Positions 1 through 8,473 of a DNA stretch of 64,000 bases are shown here, piece after piece; the first letter of the stretch is position 1; each line of letters opens with the position of its first letter. The DNA lies in the IMG/VR virus record IMGVR_UViG_3300027987_000382, positions 1 to 64,000 of that record. One strand, written 5' to 3'. The notes beneath the pieces were generated by a model that made no database searches, was not told the DNA's origin, and saw only the letters and a list, made by a program, of their open reading frames with translations. The DNA comes from a virus. Position numbers and translations under genes: made by a program.

Positions 1-90
1 TCAGTTATTCCCCGGCTTGGAGGACTCCACGCAGGCCGGGCCAGATGTTCCCATGTCAACGATCCTGGGGAACCCACGCTTGCTTCTAAG

Positions 91-163
91 TGCGGATGAC
101 CGGATTCGAACCGGCGACTTTCACGTTGGCAACGTGACACTCTAGCCACTGAGTTACATCCGC
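91..163 (-). tRNA. tRNA-Gly(GCC)
   Basis: Cloverleaf on the minus strand; acceptor GCGGATG/CATCCGC, anticodon loop TTGCCAA, TTCGAAT T-loop; no encoded CCA. Confidence 0.93.
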
Positions 164-164
164 A

Positions 165-240
165 TGGTGGAGGATAGGGGAGTCGAACCCCTGACCTTTT
201 GGCTGCCAGCCAAACGCTCTCCCAACTGAGCTAATCCCCC
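165..240 (-). tRNA. tRNA-Ala(GGC)
   Basis: Cloverleaf, loop CTGGCAG, G3-U70 pair, encoded CCA. Confidence 0.95.
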
Positions 241-398
241 GTTTGTTGTAGTTGTCTCTTCAACGCTCTCCTGACGATTCGTTTCTTGTGCTTCTTGTTC
301 GGCGGAGTCCTGCTGCCACACCCACAAAGTCCGATGCTTGGGTGAATGCAATGCTCTCCTCGTTTCTTCCGCCGTTGCTCTCGTTTGTAGTCGTCCAT
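231..398 (-). CDS. small basic Cys-containing hypothetical protein (MDDYKREQRRKKRGEHC...)
   Basis: ATG coupled to the upstream stop (TAATG), GGAGGAG RBS; overlaps tRNA-Ala by 10 nt. Confidence 0.4.
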   Translation of the reverse strand: MDDYKREQRRKKRGEHCIHPSIGLCGCGSRTPPNKKHKKRIVRRALKRQLQQTGD

Positions 399-544
399 TA
401 CCACGCTCCTCCTCTGTACCGGCCACGTGAAAGTTGTGCTTTCACTGCTTGCCGGTTTCTTTTATTGACACCGCGACGGCCGTAACCGTTCGCATTTCGT
501 GTGTGTTTGCACCATTCCTTGATACCGCTGTCGTCTTTTCGCAT
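398..544 (-). CDS. small basic hypothetical protein (MRKDDSGIKEWCKH...)
   Basis: GGAG RBS before ATG at 544; K/R-rich. Confidence 0.5.
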   Translation of the reverse strand: MRKDDSGIKEWCKHTRNANGYGRRGVNKRNRQAVKAQLSRGRYRGGAW

Positions 545-615
545 GACCGTTGGTCTCCAATTCTTGACCGATTTCGACTTGCCGGGCTGAACCGAAGCCA
601 GCAACTCCTTGTGAG

Positions 616-688
616 TAGTCCTGACTGGATTCGAACCAGCGACTCCGAGTTTAGGAAACTCGTGCTCTATCCACTGAGCTACAGGACC
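616..688 (-). tRNA. tRNA-Arg(CCT)
   Basis: Cloverleaf, anticodon loop TTCCTAA. Confidence 0.92.
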
Positions 689-763
689 GTAGGTCTCCGA
701 GACGCACCATGCTTTTCCGTACTGTGCCCAAACCTGCCATGCGTCACCTTAGCAAGCCTGGAG

Positions 764-837
764 TAGTCCCGGAGGGATTCGAACCCCCGACTTCCTCGTT
801 AGAAGCGAGGCACTCTGTCCAGCTGAGTTACGGGACC
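764..837 (-). tRNA. tRNA-Arg(TCT)
   Basis: Cloverleaf, loop CTTCTAA. Confidence 0.92.
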
Positions 838-844
838 GTATAAG

Positions 845-917
845 CGTCCTTGGCTGGATTCGAACCAGCGGCTTCCACCTTCGCAGGGTGGCACTCTATC
901 CACTGAGCTACAAGGAC
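845..917 (-). tRNA. tRNA-Arg(GCG)
   Basis: Cloverleaf, acceptor GTCCTTG/CAAGGAC, loop CTGCGAA. Confidence 0.9.
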
Positions 918-924
918 CTGTTAG

Positions 925-997
925 TAGCCCCAGAGAGATTCGAACTCCCGACCACTTGGTTCGAAGCCAAGCACTCTGTCCACTGAGTTATGGGGCC
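925..997 (-). tRNA. tRNA-Arg(TCG)
   Basis: Cloverleaf, loop CTTCGAA. Confidence 0.92.
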
Positions 998-1002
998 AAA
1001 AG

Positions 1003-1077
1003 TCGGAATGACAGGATTTGAACCTGCGACCCCCGCGTCCCGAACGCGGTGCTCTGGCCAAGCTGAGCTACATTCCG
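1003..1077 (-). tRNA. tRNA-Pro(CGG)
   Basis: Cloverleaf, C1-G72, loop TTCGGGA. Confidence 0.93.
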
Positions 1078-1138
1078 ATGGGTCGGAGCGGCCATCCTTT
1101 GTGGGACGACTTCCGCTTTCGCGGTTTCTCACTCCGAG

Positions 1139-1210
1139 AGCTGACGGTGGGGCTCGAACCCACGACTTCCTCCTTACCAAGGAGGTACTCTGCCACTGAG
1201 TTACGCCAGC
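1139..1210 (-). tRNA. tRNA-Thr(GGT)
   Basis: Cloverleaf, loop TTGGTAA. Confidence 0.92.
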
Positions 1211-1375
1211 GTGAGAGAGTGCGGGCGATGGCGGGCTCCCTACCGGCCCATCAGTCGCCTACGGTAACGGTGACTAAACCCGCTTTCGACTTCCTTTGGG
1301 TTGTCCTCAGGAGATCGGCGTCATACTGCTTGGCAGTCTACCAAGCTCGAGCCGCCCACCCGCTCGCACTCTCAC
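1211..1375 (-). ncRNA. candidate ~165-nt structured RNA of unknown class between two tRNA-Thr genes
   Basis: Long terminal inverted repeat (gagagtgcgggcg / cgctcgcactctc) plus internal hairpins; no convincing ORF. Confidence 0.55.
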
Positions 1376-1381
1376 TTAAGG

Positions 1382-1454
1382 GGCCACCGACAGGAATCGA
1401 ACCCGCAACCCGAGCTTTACAAAAGCCCTGCTCTGCCAGTTGAGCTACGGTGGC
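1382..1454 (-). tRNA. tRNA-Thr(TGT)
   Basis: Cloverleaf, loop TTTGTAA. Confidence 0.92.
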
Positions 1455-1475
1455 TTGGACACACTACCCAAATTG

Positions 1476-1940
1476 TCAAAGATCAATGCGATAATCGGAA
1501 AGTGGTTGGTCAACATAAGACTCACGAATTCGCTGTTGCTCATCGATCATCTTCTGATCCGGGTCCCACAAGCCAGCATGATGTTCGGCATGGCAGTTGT
1601 GGCAGACTAAGATCGTCTTGTCAACCTCCTTCTTCGTCTTATCCCAGCCCCAAGTGTTTCCTGAGGCCAGTCCGTGTTCCTTTTCGTTCGGGTCAAGGTG
1701 ATGAAAAGTCAAGCCAGCTTCGCAGGTATCATAGCCGCATTTGAGGCATTTACCACCTGAGTAATCGACCGCTTTCCGTTTAACCTTTCTCCGATGTTCT
1801 GTGATTTGTTGTCCCCGACGTGCCTTGCTCGGTTCTCTGTAATAACGAACCGTAGCGATTGGCATTTCGAGTTGTTCTGCGATTTCTCGCGTCGTTTTTC
1901 CGGCTTCAATTAAGGCCGTCACATTTTCTCTTTTACCCAT
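1476..1940 (-). CDS. free-standing HNH endonuclease with N-terminal HTH (homing-endonuclease-like)
   Basis: HTH (GKTTREIAEQLEMPIATVRYY), CxxC...FHHLDP...CHNCHAEHH. Confidence 0.85.
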   Translation of the reverse strand: MGKRENVTALIEAGKTTREIAEQLEMPIATVRYYREPSKARRGQQITEHRRKVKRKAVDYSGGKCLKCGYDTCEAGLTFHHLDPNEKEHGLASGNTWGWDKTKKEVDKTILVCHNCHAEHHAGLWDPDQKMIDEQQRIRESYVDQPLSDYRIDL

Positions 1941-1965
1941 GGTAGAACTCCTTTCGTTCTACCAT
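1939..1965 (-). promoter_or_regulatory. hairpin covering the RBS/start of the HNH gene
   Basis: Perfect 10-bp IR atggtagaac / gttctaccat enclosing the AAGGAG SD and part of the ATG. Confidence 0.7.
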
Positions 1966-1979
1966 AGATTTGTCTGAAG

Positions 1980-2053
1980 CTCCTCAGGAAGGACTCGAAC
2001 CTTCAACCCCCAAGTTAACAGCTTGGTGCTACTACCAATTGAGCTACTGAGGA
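1980..2053 (-). tRNA. tRNA-Asn(GTT)
   Basis: Cloverleaf, U1-A72, loop CTGTTAA. Confidence 0.93.
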
Positions 2054-2087
2054 ATGTTGTCTCCTTGTCACATCCCGATTATTTGAG

Positions 2088-2158
2088 AGCCCCCGAACGG
2101 ATTCGAACCGATGTCGCAGCTTTACGAAAGCTGAATCTTCCCACTAGACGACAGGGGC
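2088..2158 (-). tRNA. tRNA-Thr(CGT)
   Basis: Cloverleaf, loop TTCGTAA; Gly/Glu-style D-arm and short variable loop. Confidence 0.82.
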
Positions 2159-2170
2159 TTAAATTCTGAG

Positions 2171-2245
2171 TGACCCGGACGGGAATTGAACCCGTGGACT
2201 CCAGATTGAAAGTCTGGGATTTCTACCAGCAGAAACTACCGGGCC
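2171..2245 (-). tRNA. tRNA-Glu(TTC)
   Basis: Cloverleaf, loop CTTTCAA. Confidence 0.85.
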
Positions 2246-2249
2246 ATAC

Positions 2250-2680
2250 ATGGGGCGGACCTTTGTTGCGGTCCTCAAATTGTTCGTAAAATCGGTTCAT
2301 GGATAGGGATTCTCCGCAACTTGGATTGCCGGGCCTCGCCTGGCTGTCTCAGTGGGAAGGAAAAGAGTTGCTTAGCTTCTCCCGGCCCTCAACAGCCGCC
2401 CGGCATGACGTTCCGGATTATCATGTCCGGCAAATGGGGCGGCTGGGGACAGGGAAATACGCACGTTACCCAAACCGCCAAATGCGGTCGTCTGGAGTGT
2501 CACGCTTTGTAAGAGCAGCGATGACATGGGGTAACGGTTCCTTGAGAGAAAAACTGTGCGACGTATCTTTGCCTTAAATACGTCCGGTTGCCTTCTACAA
2601 AACAGACACACCAGATCGCATTGAGGTTCGTGTGTCTTGTTACGGAAAGGACACAGGCCGTTAAATCGAGGTTCGTGTTT
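2250..2680. ncRNA. candidate ~400-nt multibranched ncRNA next to the tRNA cluster
   Basis: Nested IRs 2328-33/2381-86, 2393-2401/2437-45, 2464-71/2529-36, 2560-66/2578-84, 2604-10/2631-37; no plausible gene. Confidence 0.5.
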
Positions 2681-2683
2681 CTT

Positions 2684-3235
2684 TTACAAATCGAGCCGGG
2701 GAGCCTCGGTCCTATCTACTTCGTAACCCTCGCTGATCCCCTCGACCACCTCCTCGATCCGCACAAGGACGGCAGACCGGCCGTCTTCAAGGCGGGGACC
2801 GTTATCAACGATCATATCCAGTACCCAGGCCAGCTCATCAACCAGTTCCCACGCCGGATAATGCTCGCCCTCTTCGAATTCATCGGCATCCTCGAGGCCC
2901 TCGTACTCGTCGTCGTAGACAGGCTCATGCTCTACCTCATCCTCTTCGTAGATCAGCCTGCCCGCCATGTTCAAAGACGTCAGATCGTGGTTGAACTCAA
3001 GGGCGATGATATAAGCGTTGGCGTCCTCCAAGCACCGGCCGAACTTGTACGGCTCCCAATAGCTCGGATCGAGAGCGAGGGCATAGACCGTGTAGATACT
3101 GTCGCCGCCAGATTCGCCGAGTGCGTCGATAAAATCGTAACCAATCCCAGCGGCAATGTCAAGCAACTCTCTGGCTCGAGCTACCTCGGCAGATTCTTCA
3201 TGCTCGTCGTTTTCTCTGATCTGCCTTAACCGCAT
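2684..3235 (-). CDS. acidic protein with MRLRQIRE leader and YEGLEDADEF tag
   Basis: ORF; shares peptide motifs with other proteins in the window. Confidence 0.8.
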   Translation of the reverse strand: MRLRQIRENDEHEESAEVARARELLDIAAGIGYDFIDALGESGGDSIYTVYALALDPSYWEPYKFGRCLEDANAYIIALEFNHDLTSLNMAGRLIYEEDEVEHEPVYDDEYEGLEDADEFEEGEHYPAWELVDELAWVLDMIVDNGPRLEDGRSAVLVRIEEVVEGISEGYEVDRTEAPRLDL

Positions 3236-4100
3236 TGGCTCTGGTACACACTTTGTAGAACTTGAGTGCTCGTGGTCCGTACAAACTCAATTCACCAGGA
3301 CCGGCAACCGCCGAAGAAGCGTAGTGCCAGAACGCGGTCGACAAAACCGGTTCTCCTCCATATTTGGCTAGGAATATGGCGATGATTCGCTCGAACATGT
3401 GGGGTGTCCAGAAACCGATATCACCAAGACGCAAACGGTGGGTGATATCATACAGCTTGTTGCCAAGCTGATCGAATGTCTCACGAGTACAGGCGAATTG
3501 ATGTGAATACACCATGCTTGGTTTCACATCCATCGCGAAATCGTACAGATCGCTGTCGTACTTCTTGATGAAGTCCCATACATGGATTTTGTTGTCGAAA
3601 CAGTGCCGCATGAACGGGTCCTGATCGACGGTAACAGGATATTCTTTCGGAATCAGCCAGTCATCCCAAAAGCCGATGGCAGATGACGGAGCGGTAAGCC
3701 CGACACCGCGTTGTGGGTTCTCACGAAGCCAGCCGTCGATCTTCTTCCAGGTCTCACCCGGCGAGAAATGTAACTCGATGTCGGAGTGAATGATCGCGAC
3801 GTCGTTGTTTCCGATCAGCTGATCGGCATGTTCCCAAACAGTGAGGATAACCGACGTCTCGAATAGGCACGAGTTCCAAGACGCATAAGTCGGGAAGAAA
3901 TCGTTCGACTCGTAGTAATCGAGCCAGTTCGTCTTCGGCTTTGTCGTACCGCAAGCGATGCGGTGGCAATTAGCCAGCTTCGTCTTGAACGCCGACTTCT
4001 TCAGGAGATCCGCTGACTGCGGATGCACCAACATTATAGCTTGGATCACGATGGCGTCTCGAATATCCAGGCGTGTCCGTGAGGACATCGTTTGGATCAT
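3198..4100 (-). CDS. hypothetical protein, possibly glycosyltransferase-like
   Basis: 300-aa ORF; HSD motif and HMFERI resemble GT-A-like families (tentative). Confidence 0.6.
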   Translation of the reverse strand: MIQTMSSRTRLDIRDAIVIQAIMLVHPQSADLLKKSAFKTKLANCHRIACGTTKPKTNWLDYYESNDFFPTYASWNSCLFETSVILTVWEHADQLIGNNDVAIIHSDIELHFSPGETWKKIDGWLRENPQRGVGLTAPSSAIGFWDDWLIPKEYPVTVDQDPFMRHCFDNKIHVWDFIKKYDSDLYDFAMDVKPSMVYSHQFACTRETFDQLGNKLYDITHRLRLGDIGFWTPHMFERIIAIFLAKYGGEPVLSTAFWHYASSAVAGPGELSLYGPRALKFYKVCTRANAVKADQRKRRA

Positions 4101-4539
4101 AAGTGAAGGTGTCGAGTAATTTCTCAGTACACCTATCTATCACTTCCTGCATGCTGACATCACAATGCAGTAAGAGATGGAGCCAAGTGGCCAAGACATC
4201 GGACGACTCTTCGATCACCCCATCGCGGTGCTGCTCGATCACGGCTTCGGCTTGAAGTTCGACGACCTCCTCAATCATGTGGTTGGAAGCGAGTATTGAA
4301 GACGATTCTTGAAGGCCGAAACCGCGTTTTCGGTGAATCGCATTGTTCTCATGCAGTTCTCGGACGAATGCAATCAGTTCCGACATCGTCAAACCGCGAT
4401 GCTCAAAGCTTGAGCAATCACATCCTGAGATGCCACAGCATCCGGTGCCGGTCGGCACTTCATCGTGCTCGTCCGCGTGGTCGTATTTGGTATGACCGCA
4501 TTTGCAGCGGTAGGTTTTCCACTTCTCAAGTTGATTCAC
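3970..4539 (-). CDS. MazG-like NTP pyrophosphohydrolase with Cys/His-rich N-terminus
   Basis: EEVVEL...EESSDVL motif. Confidence 0.7.
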   Translation of the reverse strand: MNQLEKWKTYRCKCGHTKYDHADEHDEVPTGTGCCGISGCDCSSFEHRGLTMSELIAFVRELHENNAIHRKRGFGLQESSSILASNHMIEEVVELQAEAVIEQHRDGVIEESSDVLATWLHLLLHCDVSMQEVIDRCTEKLLDTFTYDPNDVLTDTPGYSRRHRDPSYNVGASAVSGSPEEVGVQDEAG

Positions 4540-4924
4540 GTGAATTCCTTATATCTTCCGCATGCTCTCCAGCAAGGAATTCGATCATTTCGTCGACAGA
4601 ATCGAATTCCATGCAAGGCTTAGCATACCTGATGATCGAAATCGGCGGGTCTAACATGATTTCTTCGGATAATTTTCGGACATACCCGACAACCTTCAAA
4701 GCTGACACGCTGAAAACGAGAGTTTCATTGGAAGTTGTGTAGCCGTACAAGAAAGGCTCGTCAGCACCCAACTCCTTAAGTGTGATAGTCAGACGCTTCT
4801 CGAGTTGTTCTTTGAGTTCTGATAGCGTCAATGTCATAATGTTCTCAGAAACCTCACGAGATATTCCATCGAATCCGGGTCCTGTAGCGGAGTCCCGAAA
4901 AGGCTGTTTTGTGGGTTCATCCAA
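4526..4924 (-). CDS. hypothetical protein
   Basis: ORF in operon context. Confidence 0.6.
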   Translation of the reverse strand: MDEPTKQPFRDSATGPGFDGISREVSENIMTLTLSELKEQLEKRLTITLKELGADEPFLYGYTTSNETLVFSVSALKVVGYVRKLSEEIMLDPPISIIRYAKPCMEFDSVDEMIEFLAGEHAEDIRNSREST

Positions 4925-5286
4925 TCGTATCGCACTCTGAGCGGCTGCCGAATGACGATCACGTCGTAGTCATAGAACGTGACAGCATATTTCTCGCAAC
5001 CGATCATCACAACAACAGCTGGCCGAAACGAGCCCTCTCCCTCAACACCTGCTGTGCCGTAGAAGATGGCATCGAATCCTTCTTCTACCAAGATCTGTTC
5101 GACAGCACGATAGAGTTGCTCGTGAGCCCGTATGACGTCTTCGTCAAGCTCCGGCAATTTCCCCTTCAACGGCTCCGTAAAATTCGGGTCCTTGAGGACG
5201 GGGAAAGGTTTTTTACAATAAGTCGGATTGAATGGGTGTGTCTTCCAGGCTTCATGCCATGGTGTCACATTAATTGTCGTGGTCAT
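4834..5286 (-). CDS. hypothetical protein
   Basis: ORF in operon context. Confidence 0.6.
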   Translation of the reverse strand: MTTTINVTPWHEAWKTHPFNPTYCKKPFPVLKDPNFTEPLKGKLPELDEDVIRAHEQLYRAVEQILVEEGFDAIFYGTAGVEGEGSFRPAVVVMIGCEKYAVTFYDYDVIVIRQPLRVRYDWMNPQNSLFGTPLQDPDSMEYLVRFLRTL

Positions 5287-5458
5287 ATCGATCGATGAAC
5301 CTCTTTATCGGGCCTGACATCAAGAGAAACCCGACGACAATCATCCCACCGATCAGAAAGACAGTCCACATCGAACCGAAAACGATGATGCGGACCTTAT
5401 TCAGCAGGAAAAGCCCCAATAGAATCACCGCTAGGGCTACCAGGATTCTCGGTTTCAC
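5270..5458 (-). CDS. small two-TM membrane protein
   Basis: Two hydrophobic segments. Confidence 0.65.
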   Translation of the reverse strand: MKPRILVALAVILLGLFLLNKVRIIVFGSMWTVFLIGGMIVVGFLLMSGPIKRFIDRYDHDN

Positions 5459-6287
5459 GTTGTGGTTTCCTTATTTGGACTTCACCGAGCCCCATCGACT
5501 TGATCTTCAGGTTGCAACCGTCCTCGGATTCAAGCTCGATTGGAATGTAACTCGTCAGCTCGTCCTTGGCCCAATGCATGTGTGTGCCGAGCATCTCTGG
5601 GAACTGACTACTCCATTTGTCTCTTAGTCTTCTCAAATACGTCCAGTAACGAGTATCACTGGTGAAGCTGGCCGAATACTTGCCGTAGTGGATAATTGGC
5701 AAGTCCGCACAATAAACACCATACCCAGCCGCACGTGCTTGAAGGCAGATATCCACCCCGTAAAAGTGAAAGCCATTGAAGATTGGGTCGAACCGGAGAC
5801 CGGTGCTTTTCTTCATGACGAAGAGGCATTCGTCGACACAATGACACCGCGATGTCTTCTTGATGCCGTCCCAGTATGGTGGCTCATCCAATTTGTCATC
5901 ATTATCCCACACAGATCCAATAGCGACGGTGTCAACTTCTTTGGCACCGCCCCAGGGTCCGATATCTTTTCTGTAGTAATCAAGGGAAATTCCGGCCGAA
6001 CCAATTATTGCCCAATCATTTCCGGCCTCGTCGATAATCCTTCTCAGACGACCAAACCAGTCATCGCCGAGAATTTCGACGTCTTGATGGCAAATCACCA
6101 GGATGTCTGATTTTGACGAATCTATCCCAACGTTGAGTGCGAGCGACGCAGAATACAGGCCCTCCATGTTCAGGACAGGCACAAATTCTATCGCGTAGCC
6201 ATTCCTTTGGGCATTAAAAGACTGCAAGACGCATTCGTCGTAAACGTCTGGTTTAGAAATACAGGATATAATCGAAAATTCAGACAT
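5397..6287 (-). CDS. GT-A fold glycosyltransferase
   Basis: ICHQDV, GFHFYGVDICLQA motifs. Confidence 0.8.
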   Translation of the reverse strand: MSEFSIISCISKPDVYDECVLQSFNAQRNGYAIEFVPVLNMEGLYSASLALNVGIDSSKSDILVICHQDVEILGDDWFGRLRRIIDEAGNDWAIIGSAGISLDYYRKDIGPWGGAKEVDTVAIGSVWDNDDKLDEPPYWDGIKKTSRCHCVDECLFVMKKSTGLRFDPIFNGFHFYGVDICLQARAAGYGVYCADLPIIHYGKYSASFTSDTRYWTYLRRLRDKWSSQFPEMLGTHMHWAKDELTSYIPIELESEDGCNLKIKSMGLGEVQIRKPQRETENPGSPSGDSIGAFPAE

Positions 6288-6324
6288 CCTGGCAAAACTA
6301 CCGTAGACTCAAGGAGAATCCAAA

Positions 6325-6549
6325 ATGGCACTGACCAGCATCACAAATATCTCGAAGCAAGTCGTCCCGATTCTCGTAAACGACATTGCCATCGATATCG
6401 CCGACGCCGGGTCCGACATTCCTCCGACCCGTGCTCAGCAGATGCAAATCGCACCAGGAGCCGAAGTCGAGATTGAGTCGTCTCGCGTCGATCTCGCTCA
6501 GCTGGAGCAGCTCCAACGACTGAAGCTACTTACCTTCGTCGCTCGGTAA
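6325..6549 (+). CDS. small hypothetical protein
   Basis: AAGGAG RBS; CAAAACTA motif upstream. Confidence 0.7.
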   Translation: MALTSITNISKQVVPILVNDIAIDIADAGSDIPPTRAQQMQIAPGAEVEIESSRVDLAQLEQLQRLKLLTFVAR

Positions 6550-7326
6550 TTCGATCGACGTGTGCTCGTAGAACTTCTCGAGATTCTCTTCATACAACCG
6601 CATATCAGCAATCACCTTGCTGTAAATCTCTGCGGTTTCTCGATCTCCACCACAGTCTAGCATATATGCCAGCTGAGAACTCAGCTGATCAAGGCCGGAA
6701 TGGTTCCAACACAAACCTCTCCCTGTAAATCCGGACCAGAACTTGTACGTGACCAAATGCTGGTAGACCCGTTTGTACGGGCCGCGATACCAGCTGCCCG
6801 TCTCGAGGTTGAAGAGGCAATCGATCAACAGATAGAACGCATTGCCGATCGCTGAGACGGCTGTCGAATAACAACGGTCGCGGACACATGTGTCGAAATT
6901 CCTCTTTCGGCAATACTCCATGAGAAAGAGCTTGGTGAAGTGCTCGATCTCCTCATGGTACTGACGTGGGAGAGCGAATGCGAGACCCTTCACTTTAGAG
7001 TCGTACTCTTCTGGAAGCGTCGGTGGCGGAATGTGCACAACCACCTGAGAATTGTACGCATAAGGTGGACCATCCACCTCCTCTTCATGTGACTCCCCTC
7101 GCCAAGAAAGATACTGCTCTTCCTTATACGCATCGACCGTTTTCCAGTCGAGAGTGAAGAGCTGCTGAATTCTGTCCTTGCCGCCCTTGCTGAGAGTGGC
7201 TTCCCCAACGTGAATGAGACGGGGGATATAGCGGCGGACATCAGAAGTGTGTAGAGAACCTAACATGCTCGGAACCTCCGTAGCAAATCCAGAAACATTT
7301 GTCACCGCACCCTGCGGCGAATCCAC
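6526..7326 (-). CDS. hypothetical protein
   Basis: 266-aa ORF. Confidence 0.7.
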   Translation of the reverse strand: MDSPQGAVTNVSGFATEVPSMLGSLHTSDVRRYIPRLIHVGEATLSKGGKDRIQQLFTLDWKTVDAYKEEQYLSWRGESHEEEVDGPPYAYNSQVVVHIPPPTLPEEYDSKVKGLAFALPRQYHEEIEHFTKLFLMEYCRKRNFDTCVRDRCYSTAVSAIGNAFYLLIDCLFNLETGSWYRGPYKRVYQHLVTYKFWSGFTGRGLCWNHSGLDQLSSQLAYMLDCGGDRETAEIYSKVIADMRLYEENLEKFYEHTSIELPSDEGK

Positions 7327-7337
7327 TCTAAGTTTGC

Positions 7338-7820
7338 CTAGCTTCTTCGTTCGAGCAGTACAAAGCTGTCGTCGAGGAGCGGCCTTATAACAGGCAACAC
7401 ATCGCGAGGTGTCAGGTTCCCATTACCACACCCTGGCATCGGTAATGCGATGGACGGCATAAAACGCCCGTCTTCACGTAGAATCTCAACGAGCTTCGCC
7501 AGTTGAATCGCAGAACGACGGATCAAAGAGACATCCGAATCGCCCTGCCAGGACATCCAAGGCTTGTCTTCGTCCAGCGGCTTGGTCGGGAACAAGAAGA
7601 GATTGCCGATCTCATAGTAGCAAACAGCCGTCTCGGCACCATATTGTTTGCAGCGACGACCGTACCAACCAGGAAGCTCTGGATATTTCTCTGCTGCGGT
7701 CTTTGCCACACCGGCTCCCATCGGATTCGAGCCGTCTTTTTTCCACCCGATGTTGGTGGTTATGACGATCGGGCGTCCTTCGTCGTGAAAGTTCCAGAGT
7801 GATCCGACTCGTTCAAGCAT
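7338..7820 (-). CDS. macrodomain (ADP-ribose-binding/processing)-like protein
   Basis: TTN...MGAGVAK, FPTK, IALPMPGCGNGNL. Confidence 0.8.
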   Translation of the reverse strand: MLERVGSLWNFHDEGRPIVITTNIGWKKDGSNPMGAGVAKTAAEKYPELPGWYGRRCKQYGAETAVCYYEIGNLFLFPTKPLDEDKPWMSWQGDSDVSLIRRSAIQLAKLVEILREDGRFMPSIALPMPGCGNGNLTPRDVLPVIRPLLDDSFVLLERRS

Positions 7821-8472
7821 AGGGAAGGTCGCCGATGTAGGAATCTCGATTCAGTTCAAAATCAGGGTAATACTTCTCGATCGCTTCACTCTCTACAGCC
7901 AACACTCTGTCAAGCAATTGTGGCGTGTACTTCGCCCAATAACTGGACGGCAAATCTTCCAGCATTGACTCATTGAGCCGCCGATGAGTTCTAAACGCTG
8001 TCTCGTCGAATTCTTCACCGATCTGTTTGAGGAAACCGACGAGGTCATCGACGATGTTCTCAGTTCTTGCAACGAAATCCGCTGGGTGTACTGGGCATTC
8101 ATTGTATCTCTTGTATAACTTGCTCAGCCAGCCGTTTGGATGTTGCTTCAGGACGTTATCGACAAAAGTGTGGAAATCATTGGAAGCACAGGACATATCG
8201 AGAGGATGCTCTACGTGCCACCCATACTTAACACGGAAGCACCATCTCGACTGGTACCATGTTACCGGATGGCGGACAATCGTAAAAATCCGCTGTTCTG
8301 ACAGCCATTGCTCGCCACGACCCTCTTTCAACAGGACCTGCACGGCACCATGTTGTTCGCCAGTTTCGACAAGTTCGATACCCGATCCATAGGCGGCATG
8401 TCTGAACCAAGTCCCACCCGTCTTTGGGATATGAAGAAAGACTGAATTTGAACGTGGCAAAAGAAGGGCCAT
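7813..8472 (-). CDS. sulfotransferase family protein
   Basis: FLHIPKTGGT and VRHP..WYQS PAPS-binding motifs. Confidence 0.82.
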   Translation of the reverse strand: MALLLPRSNSVFLHIPKTGGTWFRHAAYGSGIELVETGEQHGAVQVLLKEGRGEQWLSEQRIFTIVRHPVTWYQSRWCFRVKYGWHVEHPLDMSCASNDFHTFVDNVLKQHPNGWLSKLYKRYNECPVHPADFVARTENIVDDLVGFLKQIGEEFDETAFRTHRRLNESMLEDLPSSYWAKYTPQLLDRVLAVESEAIEKYYPDFELNRDSYIGDLPYA

Positions 8473-8473
8473 C

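Noticed and set aside
1-80. Hairpins at the window start (cccggc/gccggg, gttccc/gggaac)
   Set aside because: Truncated by the window edge; too little sequence to call.
154-1443. Longer ORFs spanning the tRNA genes (154-426, 434-766, 908-1180, 990-1199, 1018-1443)
   Set aside because: They are translations of tRNA sequence.
2588-3229. Long antisense ORFs (e.g. 2588-3229 +, 19566-20222 +)
   Set aside because: They are mirror frames of well-supported minus-strand genes and have no motifs or RBS.
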